Of a stretch of 64,000 bases of DNA, positions 29,710 through 37,004 are shown piece after piece (position 1 is the stretch's first letter; each line of letters starts with the position of its first letter). The notes beneath the pieces were generated by a model. The model saw only the letters and a program-made list of their open reading frames with translations, ran no database searches and had not been told where the DNA came from. The translations under genes and the position numbers were made by a program. The stretch lies in NCBI GenBank assembly GCA_009726095.1, contig WLMZ01000001.1, forward strand, positions 270-64,269, written 5' to 3'. This stretch comes from Actinomycetota bacterium. Its GTDB lineage: Bacteria > Actinomycetota > Acidimicrobiia > Acidimicrobiales > Ilumatobacteraceae.

Positions 29710-31053
29710 CTACCACGATGACAGCGACGATTCAGACGAGTTCTGGGTGGGGGGTGGTGGCGCCATGCCCGGCGATTGGGGCCCGGAGGAGAGCAGATCG
29801 CCCTTGCGGACATACTGCGTAGGGTCGAGCTCGGTGATCGCCCGTTCCAGTTCCTCGAGGCGTTCGAGCTGAATGGCCGTGCTCACGTCCATGACTGTCT
29901 CGGTCACGGTTGCTTCGACCTCCGCGATGCGAACATTGATCTTGTCGAACTGCTCACCGGTACTCGACGCAACGCGTTCGAGTTCGATTCTGACCAGCAT
30001 CGCCTCACCGATCGCGCTCGACATCTGATCGCGCAGCTGGGAGATTGCCTCCTCATCGATCTTGCCGATCTGCTCGGCCACCTCGTTGATGCGCTGCATC
30101 ACGTCGAGGTTCTGATTCTCGAGTTCGATGACACGCTGCGACAGGGCGATGATGGCCTCGTCGATACCGCTGCTGATCCGGCCGACCGTGGCCTCCATGG
30201 CCGCCAGACGCGTGCCGGCGTGCTCGTTGACCCGCTCTTCCATGGCGAGCATGCGGTTGACGACCCGGGCATCGTTGTCCTCGATACGGCGACCGAAGTT
30301 CGTGGACTGTTCCACCACGAACTGACGCATCGCCACCATCGCCTCATCGGCACGCTGGCTGAGAGCCATGGTGCGCTCGTCGAGGCTGCTGCTAAGCACG
30401 CGACCGGAATCGTCGAGCCGCCGGTTGAACGCGGCGGTGGTGTCGTTCACGTGTTGCACAAGCGCCGACGACTGCTCGTCGAAGCGACGCGCTGCCCGCT
30501 GGAGTTCCTCGATACGGCTCGCCATCAGCTCGGTGCTGTGCTCGAAGCGCTGCTGGAGCGGCGCTGAGGCCGCTTCGATCTGGGCAGGCACTGCAAGCGC
30601 GACCTCGTCGGTGACCCGCTGGAGCCGACCTTCCACCTCGGTGAAACGCCAGTGCTGATTGGCTGCGAACTCGGTGAGTCGTTCCTCGAGTGCTGCCTGC
30701 AGGGCGTTCTCGTACTGCTCGTTGGTTTGCTGCGAGCGGGCGAGTTCGGCGCGTACCTGGTCCAATTGACCCTGAACGTGCGCCAGGACTTCAGCACGCC
30801 CGGCTTCGCCGGCCTGCTGAACTGCGTCGGCACGAGCGGCCATGGCCCCGAAATAGCGGGTGAGCTGATGCTCGACCGCTGCCAGGATTGCCTTGCTCGT
30901 TGCATCACCGCCGACAACCTGCGTCGAACTGAGCGACGACGCGGATGACGTCGGATCCGCGGATCCATCTGAATGTTGCTGCCTTGCCACGAAATAACTA
31001 TCGACAAGTTTGCCGCAATCTTGAGGAAGTTCCGATGGATTGGCCCCAGCCAC
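29710..31053 (-). CDS. long coiled-coil protein, first gene of the pilB-pilC operon (start uncertain)
   Basis: About 370 aa of heptad-like, E/R/Q/A-rich helix with no TM. The C-terminus is PPPPTQNSSESSLSSW. The first ~30 codons of the longest ORF (GTG 31053) have AT-rich third positions, so the true start may be GTG 30990 or ATG 30843. Confidence 0.6.
   Translation of the reverse strand: MAGANPSELPQDCGKLVDSYFVARQQHSDGSADPTSSASSLSSTQVVGGDATSKAILAAVEHQLTRYFGAMAARADAVQQAGEAGRAEVLAHVQGQLDQVRAELARSQQTNEQYENALQAALEERLTEFAANQHWRFTEVEGRLQRVTDEVALAVPAQIEAASAPLQQRFEHSTELMASRIEELQRAARRFDEQSSALVQHVNDTTAAFNRRLDDSGRVLSSSLDERTMALSQRADEAMVAMRQFVVEQSTNFGRRIEDNDARVVNRMLAMEERVNEHAGTRLAAMEATVGRISSGIDEAIIALSQRVIELENQNLDVMQRINEVAEQIGKIDEEAISQLRDQMSSAIGEAMLVRIELERVASSTGEQFDKINVRIAEVEATVTETVMDVSTAIQLERLEELERAITELDPTQYVRKGDLLSSGPQSPGMAPPPPTQNSSESSLSSW
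30953..30966. promoter_or_regulatory. perfect 14-bp palindrome GGATCCGCGGATCC
   Basis: Read directly. It lies in the low-GC 5' region of the coiled-coil/pilB operon, 156 nt from the divergent exonuclease ATG. Confidence 0.25.
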
Positions 31054-31121
31054 CGACCAGCGACGGACCGCTGCGGTACATCGCCACCCGGCGTGCGTGC
31101 GCCGCGCATATCGTGTCGCAC

Positions 31122-32003
31122 ATGAAGGTTCACCTCATCGACGGCACCTACGAGCTGTTCAGACAACACTTCGGGCAGGCGGCGCGCCACAGCGAGCCCG
31201 TGCCGAACGCCGCCACCATCGGGGTCCTGGCCTCGACACTGCAACTCGTTGCGCAGGGGGCCACGCACATCGGGGTGGCCAGCGACCACGTGATCGAGAG
31301 CTTCCGGAACGACCTGTGGCCCGGATACAAGACCAGTGCCGGAATGGCCGAGGAACTCCTCACCCAGATCCCTCTGATGGAGACCGCTCTCGAGGCGATG
31401 GGGATGACCACATGGGCAATGGTCGACCACGAGGCCGACGATGCGTTGGCCGCAGCGGCCATGGTGGCAGATGCCGACCCACGGGTGGAGCAGGTTCTGA
31501 TCATCACACCCGACAAAGATCTCGGGCAGTGCGTGCATGGCACCCGCGTCGTGCAATACGACCGCCGCAAGGACGAGATCATCGACGAGGCCGCTGTCAT
31601 CGCCCGCTTCGGCGTTGCGCCGTCATCGATTGCCGATTACCTGGCCCTGGTGGGCGACTCGGCCGACGGGTATCCGGGTCTGGCCGGGTGGGGGGCCAAG
31701 AGCGCCAGCGCCGTGCTGGCCCGGTTCGCCACCATCGAGGCCATCCCGGCATCGGCCGACGAATGGGGCATCGAGGGGCTCCGCGGTGCCGCCAAACTGG
31801 CGGCCTCGCTCGACAGCCAACGCGACCTCGCGCTGCTGTTCCGCCGTATCGCCACGGTCGTCACCGACATTGATGTGGGGGTCGTCGACGACTGGCGTTG
31901 GCGGGGGGTCACCCCGGCCTTCGCCGAACTGGCCGGGCAGATCGGCGCTGTTCACCTGATCGAACGAGCCGCACGGCTGGCGAAAAAGATCGACGCCCGC
32001 TGA
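31122..32003 (+). CDS. 5'-3' exonuclease (FEN/PIN_53EXO family)
   Basis: MKVHLIDGTYELFR, HEADDALAAAA, and LVGDSADGYPGLAGWGAKSA (H3TH). Confidence 0.85.
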   Translation: MKVHLIDGTYELFRQHFGQAARHSEPVPNAATIGVLASTLQLVAQGATHIGVASDHVIESFRNDLWPGYKTSAGMAEELLTQIPLMETALEAMGMTTWAMVDHEADDALAAAAMVADADPRVEQVLIITPDKDLGQCVHGTRVVQYDRRKDEIIDEAAVIARFGVAPSSIADYLALVGDSADGYPGLAGWGAKSASAVLARFATIEAIPASADEWGIEGLRGAAKLAASLDSQRDLALLFRRIATVVTDIDVGVVDDWRWRGVTPAFAELAGQIGAVHLIERAARLAKKIDAR

Positions 32004-32197
32004 CTGAGGTGACGGCCAGGTTCCCTGCGGCACACAGACGGTACCGTTGAAGGCTGCTACCTTCCGGTCCTGACCTGGTTCCCGGACGGCTGTTGCACAG
32101 GACCCGACCGCCACCTCACCCAACGGGCATCGAACGGTGTGGTCAGACTAGCCGGACGCTACCCTTCTCACACCTGCTGGGCTCATCGCCCGGCCGG

Positions 32198-32285
32198 GGA
32201 GGGTTGCGAGAGCGGCCGAATCGGCACGCCTGGAAAGCGTGTGAGGGGCAACCCTCCGTGGGTTCAAATCCCACACCCTCCGCCA
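32198..32285 (+). tRNA. tRNA-Ser (anticodon GGA)
   Basis: Hand-folded. Acceptor GGAGGGT/ACCCTCC, anticodon stem CACGC/GCGTG with loop CTGGAAA, long variable arm, T-loop GGTTCAAATCC, encoded CCA. Confidence 0.9.
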
Positions 32286-32797
32286 TGTTGGACCGTGTGG
32301 TCTCCGATGACGTCGCCGCAATGGCGTATGCACTGCACCAGGCGACGCTGGCACTTGCGCACGACGATGTACCCGTTGGTGCAGTGGTGGTGCGCAACGG
32401 CGTCGTGATCGCTGCCCGGCACAACGAGCGCGAACTCACCGGCGACCCCACCGCCCACGCCGAGATCCTGGCCATCCGCGACGCCGCCGAGCTCATCGGC
32501 CATTGGCGGCTCGAACAGTGCACGCTGTACGTCACCCTCGAGCCGTGCACCATGTGCGCCGGCGCGTTGGTCAACGCCCGCGTGCCGCGGGTCGTGTTCG
32601 GCGCCACCGACCCCAAAGCCGGAGCCGGAGGCAGCCTGTACAACGTGCTTGCCGACCCGCGGCTGAATCACCGTTGCGTTGTCGAGACCGGGGTGATGGC
32701 CGACGAGTGCGGAGCGATCCTGAAGACCTTTTTCGGGCTCCGACGGGCGGCCGGGCGGGCTTCAGCGGCGGCGAACGCCGTTGATGAGCCGGCGTAG
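32285..32797 (+). CDS. tadA: tRNA adenosine(34) deaminase
   Basis: HAEILAIR and TLEPCTMCAGAL (CDA zinc motifs). ATG 32285 shares its A with the tRNA 3' CCA. The alternative start is ATG 32321. Confidence 0.9.
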   Translation: MLDRVVSDDVAAMAYALHQATLALAHDDVPVGAVVVRNGVVIAARHNERELTGDPTAHAEILAIRDAAELIGHWRLEQCTLYVTLEPCTMCAGALVNARVPRVVFGATDPKAGAGGSLYNVLADPRLNHRCVVETGVMADECGAILKTFFGLRRAAGRASAAANAVDEPA

Positions 32798-34012
32798 AGC
32801 GCCTTTGCGGCTATCGCTGAGCGGCTGCCGGGCATCGGATTGAGCGTTCGGCTGGGCAGCGATCACCGGGCCTGCGGCCGCAGTGGTGGCCATCAAGTCA
32901 GCCATCGTTGGCCGGTCGGCACTGCCCGGTGCGGTGACGTGCACCGGACCGAAGTTGACGCCGGCACCTCCGAGAGCCGACTGCGTGGCGGCCTCGATCG
33001 CGGCGATCGCGTCGCGTACTGCGGCGGCAACATCTATGGGGACCGGGATGGAGTCGCTGTCGTTGTCGCTGTCGCTGGCGGGCTCAACGGAATCTCTGGT
33101 TGGTTGCTCGATGATCGGCGTCACGACCTGTACAGGCGCCGAGATCATCGAAACGAACAGCGGCGCAGTATCGGTGGCGGGGACAACGGGGTTCGACGCG
33201 GTAATCGGCTTGATCGGCACGAACGACTGCGTCGTCGAGATGCTTGCCAGGGGCGGCAGCGGCGCTGGCGCTGGCTCGGCGGGGCGCTGCTCGAGGGCCG
33301 CTGGCTGGGCCGGAGGCGTCACGACGGCGGGTTCGACCAACGGCGCCACCACCGGGAGAATACGGCCCGTGTAGGCGGCCGGTTTGGGCGGCAGCGTCGG
33401 TAGCGGCTGCAGGAGGGACGCTGGATCGACATCGACGACGTTGTCGCTGCGCGCGGGCACGGAGGCAGTCGGTGACGGTGGCTCCCACGGGCTCGCCGGC
33501 ACCGCACCGGCAGGTTCCGCTGCTGCGGATGCAACCGGGACGGACCAACGCACCACACCAGAAGGATGGTGCCGATACATGGTGATCGACGACGCCAGAA
33601 CCTGAAGTTGGGCGATCTCGGTCAGGGTCTGCTCGGTCATCAGCTCGAGTACCAGTTCCACCACGTCGCGCAGCACCGTGGTGTCACGGTCGAACAGGCG
33701 GCCAAGGTAGTCGACCCCGTTCAGCCGTACGATGCCCCGATCCAGTTGATCGGGGGTGATCGCGCCGGCCATCACCAAACGAGCGGCTAGCGGCTCGTCG
33801 GTGTCACGTTCGGCCAGGTAGACGACGCCCGAGTTGAGGTAGATCGTGATTGTCCCAGACAAGGCGGTGATCAACGACAGCTCGCCCGTCAGGCGAGCGT
33901 GACGCGCCTCGTCGATCAGTTCCCACGCAGCACGTGTCGGTTGCACCGTGGCTGGGTCGGGTTCGGCAGTGTGGCGTTCGGTGTCCATGGCATCATTCTG
34001 GGTCATGGTCAT
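32762..34012 (-). CDS. PATAN/DUF4388-like N-terminal domain protein with long Pro/Ala-rich C-terminal region
   Basis: ARLTGELSLITALSGTITIYLNSGVVYLAE...LVMAGAITPDQL resembles DUF4388. The remaining ~250 aa are low complexity. Its ATG overlaps the GTPase stop (ATGA). Confidence 0.5.
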   Translation of the reverse strand: MTMTQNDAMDTERHTAEPDPATVQPTRAAWELIDEARHARLTGELSLITALSGTITIYLNSGVVYLAERDTDEPLAARLVMAGAITPDQLDRGIVRLNGVDYLGRLFDRDTTVLRDVVELVLELMTEQTLTEIAQLQVLASSITMYRHHPSGVVRWSVPVASAAAEPAGAVPASPWEPPSPTASVPARSDNVVDVDPASLLQPLPTLPPKPAAYTGRILPVVAPLVEPAVVTPPAQPAALEQRPAEPAPAPLPPLASISTTQSFVPIKPITASNPVVPATDTAPLFVSMISAPVQVVTPIIEQPTRDSVEPASDSDNDSDSIPVPIDVAAAVRDAIAAIEAATQSALGGAGVNFGPVHVTAPGSADRPTMADLMATTAAAGPVIAAQPNAQSDARQPLSDSRKGALRRLINGVRRR

Positions 34013-34593
34013 CGGGTTCCTCCGTGACCGGACAGGGCGAAGTCGTTCGATTGGAGCAGGGCGACCAGCACCTCTGCCACCACCTCGCGACCCGAGGCAG
34101 GATCCACGAGTTGGCAGGGGATGACCGGCACCGACATCTTGGCACCGAGGGCATCGGCAACCCGGCGCGCCTGCGCAGGGTCGCCACAGCGGTTCACGGC
34201 GATGACCAATGGCGCCTCGAGGCCGGTCATCACCAGGGTCAACATCTGGCGTGCCTCGGCGAAGGTATCGGGGGCCTCGGCGTCGATCACGAAGGTCACA
34301 ACGTCGACATCGGCTTTCAGGATGTCGGTCATGAAGCGGAATCGATCCTGGCCGGGCGTTCCGAACATCAACAGGTGGATGGTCTCCTCGCCGTCCTCGA
34401 GACCGTCGAGGACGAACGTACCGAAGTCCATCGCCACGGTCGTGTTCTCCTTCACCTCGGCCTCGTCACCGGTGGTCGCCACCTCGGTGGTCACGACCGG
34501 GCTCTGCGAGATCGATTGGATCAACGATGTCTTGCCTGCAGCGAATGGGCCCGTAACCAGGATCTTGAAGGTGTGCTCTGTGAGATGCGACAC
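34009..34593 (-). CDS. small Ras-like GTPase of the MglA/CvnD (conservon) type
   Basis: G1 GPFAAGKTS and G3 FGTPGQDRF. 194 aa. A strong SD (GGGGAGG) precedes the GTG. Confidence 0.8.
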   Translation of the reverse strand: MSHLTEHTFKILVTGPFAAGKTSLIQSISQSPVVTTEVATTGDEAEVKENTTVAMDFGTFVLDGLEDGEETIHLLMFGTPGQDRFRFMTDILKADVDVVTFVIDAEAPDTFAEARQMLTLVMTGLEAPLVIAVNRCGDPAQARRVADALGAKMSVPVIPCQLVDPASGREVVAEVLVALLQSNDFALSGHGGTR

Positions 34594-34596
34594 GAT

Positions 34597-35034
34597 TCAG
34601 CGACCTCCCCGGACAACGGTGCGTAACGAGTCCGCACGGGACCTCACCTCGGAATTGATGTGATGCAGGTTGATGCTCGGACGGGCGAGCACCGTGAGCA
34701 CGCCCTCCTTGCCGACTGCGTACACGATCACAATGCCAGTGTCAGAGCGCACGATCACCTCTTCCAGTTCACGACCACCCACCATGCTCATCAGTTGTCC
34801 GGCCAGCCCCATGGTCGCGGCAATCATCGCCGACCGACTCGGGTCGTGCATCAGATCGTCCGAGTGCGCCAGGCTCCGACCGTCAGCACTGGCCACTGCC
34901 ACGCCAATCACACCGGCAACCGACCGGACAATCGAGTTCAGAATGGCCTGGGGATTCTGTCGCTGGTGAACCAACGACGCGACCGACACAGCAGCAGCGA
35001 GGGGGTTCGGGTTGATCATGATGAGATCCGTCAC
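34597..35034 (-). CDS. Roadblock/LC7 domain protein (MglB/CvnB-like)
   Basis: 145 aa. GVIGVAVASADGRSLAH...MIAATMGLAGQL...VIVRSDTGIVIVYAVG is the typical Roadblock pattern. Confidence 0.75.
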   Translation of the reverse strand: MTDLIMINPNPLAAAVSVASLVHQRQNPQAILNSIVRSVAGVIGVAVASADGRSLAHSDDLMHDPSRSAMIAATMGLAGQLMSMVGGRELEEVIVRSDTGIVIVYAVGKEGVLTVLARPSINLHHINSEVRSRADSLRTVVRGGR

Positions 35035-35162
35035 GGCGTAGGTATCGGCACGTCTTGGCCAACTCTTGAACCGGACTCCTGTCGAGTTCTCGGCCTCCGA
35101 ACCCAGATTTCGGGGCCCACACGGGTGCGAGAGTCCGTTTCGTTCCCGCTAGCCTGACGAGC

Positions 35163-35253
35163 GGAAGGGTGCCAGAGCGGACGAATGGGCCGGTCTCGAA
35201 AACCGTTGAGGCGTTCTGCGTCTCCGTGGGTTCAAATCCCACCCCTTCCGCCA
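35163..35253 (+). tRNA. tRNA-Ser (anticodon CGA)
   Basis: Hand-folded. Acceptor GGAAGGG/CCCTTCC, anticodon loop CTCGAAA, long variable arm, GGTTCAAATCC, encoded CCA. Confidence 0.9.
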
Positions 35254-35257
35254 CGGC

Positions 35258-35285
35258 AACAGGCCACCCACACGGGTGGCCTGTT
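35258..35285 (+). terminator. terminator hairpin after tRNA-Ser(CGA)
   Basis: 12-bp stem AACAGGCCACCC / GGGTGGCCTGTT with loop ACAC. Confidence 0.6.
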
Positions 35286-35306
35286 CGTGCGTGCAGCACC
35301 GGACCG

Positions 35307-36905
35307 CTAGCAGCGCGTGCCCACCGCTGGCACCGAGAGGGTGAGTAGGTAGTTGTCGATGGTCTGCTTCGAGCAGTCGTTCACGTCGTACCCGGTGTGC
35401 TGATCGGCCTCGACGACCAGCAACACTCCCTGCTCGAGCGCCTTGGTCATGTTCTCGCTGCTCGACAGCGGGGTGGCGGGGTCGCCCGTGGTGCCCACGA
35501 CCAGGATCGGGCCGGCCCCCCGACCCGTGATCGCCACCCGGGGGTCCTGCGACGGCGGATAGAAGGTGCAGAAGTAGTTGCCCGTGGTGCCCGGCGCGAA
35601 CCGTGGCGCCACCGCACGGTACCTGGCCGATTCCGCATCCTCCTGAGCCACGGTTGGGCGCTCGGCGGTGTCCATGCAGCTGATCGTCTGGAACGCCTCG
35701 AGCGAGTTGTCGTAGCTGCCGTCCGGTTGGCGCTGGAAATACGAGTCGTACAACGCCAACAGACCGGCGCCCTTGCCCTGTTGGGCATCAGCCAGCGCCT
35801 GCTCGAGGCCGGACCACAACGTTTGGGTGTACATCGCCTGTCCCACCGCCGTGAGCGCGACGTTTCGGGTGACATCGGGTCGCCCCTTCATGCTGGGGAT
35901 CGGCGTGCGGTCGAGGGACAGCATCAGGGCATCAAACGCCGACGCCGCATCACCGCGGTTGTAGAACGGGCACGTGGAATCGCTGCTGCAGCGCTTCAGA
36001 AACGTGGCGATGGCGTTCTCGAAACCCTGACTCTGCTGCAGGCCACTGGTGAGGAAATCGGCGTTGGGGTCAGCTGCACCGTCGAGCACGGCCGCGCGGA
36101 CGGTGCGGGGAAACAACGTGGCCCAGGTGGCCCCCAGCTCGCTGCCGTAACTGAATCCGAAGTACGAGATCGTCTGCTCGCCGAGCGCCCTGCGGATGGC
36201 ATCCATGTCGCGGGCGGCATTGTTGGTGCCGACGTACTGCAGGATCTTGGCGTTCTTGGTGGTGCAGGCGGTCTCGAATTCCTTGGCGAGATCGATGATC
36301 TGCTGACGCTCTGCATCAGTGTCGGGGGTGATGTCGGTGCTGGCGAAGTACTTGTCGTAGTTGTCGATGCAGTCGATGGCCGGCGTGCTCAGGCCTGTTC
36401 CACGTGGGTCCCAGGCGACGATGTCGAAACGGGCGAGCAGGGACTTGGAGTAGACCTGATCGGCGTACTCGGCGAAATCACTGCCGCCGAAACCGGGACC
36501 ACCAGGGTTCACCAACAGGCTGCCGATGCGATCCTTCGGGCTGGTGGCACGGTGACGCGCAACGTGGAGGTCGAACGTGCCCTTCGATGGGTCGCTGTAG
36601 TCGATCGGCACCACCAGGCTGCCGGTCTGCACCCGTGCGCTGCCGGCGAAATCCTGCCAACCGAAGGCGGCATCGCCGGTCGGAGTGGACGGCGGAGTGG
36701 ACGGCGGAGTGGTTGGGTCTGTGGCGGTCGTGGCGGGAGTGCTGGCACCAGGTGCGGTGGTTGCGGGTGCGCCGGTATCTGGCGTGGAATCACTGCCGCG
36801 CGAAGCGCTCTTGGTCGCTGTCACGCCGTCGTTTCGACCGTCGCCGCAGGCGGCCGCAATCATGACCGAGCAGACGAGCAGGGCAATGGTACGACGGCGG
36901 CGCAT
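35307..36905 (-). CDS. secreted alpha/beta hydrolase, tripeptidyl-aminopeptidase (S33 TAP)-like lipoprotein
   Basis: MRRRRTIALLVCSVMIAAACG (lipobox), LLVNPGGPGFGG, nucleophile elbow GFSYGS. Confidence 0.75.
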   Translation of the reverse strand: MRRRRTIALLVCSVMIAAACGDGRNDGVTATKSASRGSDSTPDTGAPATTAPGASTPATTATDPTTPPSTPPSTPTGDAAFGWQDFAGSARVQTGSLVVPIDYSDPSKGTFDLHVARHRATSPKDRIGSLLVNPGGPGFGGSDFAEYADQVYSKSLLARFDIVAWDPRGTGLSTPAIDCIDNYDKYFASTDITPDTDAERQQIIDLAKEFETACTTKNAKILQYVGTNNAARDMDAIRRALGEQTISYFGFSYGSELGATWATLFPRTVRAAVLDGAADPNADFLTSGLQQSQGFENAIATFLKRCSSDSTCPFYNRGDAASAFDALMLSLDRTPIPSMKGRPDVTRNVALTAVGQAMYTQTLWSGLEQALADAQQGKGAGLLALYDSYFQRQPDGSYDNSLEAFQTISCMDTAERPTVAQEDAESARYRAVAPRFAPGTTGNYFCTFYPPSQDPRVAITGRGAGPILVVGTTGDPATPLSSSENMTKALEQGVLLVVEADQHTGYDVNDCSKQTIDNYLLTLSVPAVGTRC

Positions 36906-37004
36906 GGCGCCGATGGTACAACGCACCCCAGCGACGCAGCCAGCAGCGGACCCTGCGACCGCACCCCGGGGTAAGCAACACCGGGGGCCGTAGCCTAGAG
37001 AGCT

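Noticed and set aside
27852-29822. 656-aa ORF antisense to pilB, and similar long antisense ORFs (4814-6085, 7119-8300, 22525-23838, 24047-25468, 35397-36974, 39414-40601, 48787-50424, 51248-52423, 62438-63628)
   Set aside because: Each is the mirror frame of a gene with unambiguous catalytic motifs. Their products are Arg/Gly/His-rich with no motifs. Stop-codon scarcity in about 67% GC DNA explains them.
32198-35253. Possibility that the two tRNA-Ser genes delimit an integrated genomic island
   Set aside because: There is no integrase, no direct repeat of a tRNA 3' end, and no compositional shift that I could see. tRNA-Ser next to tadA is a common native arrangement. The bracketed module is still reported on its own merits.
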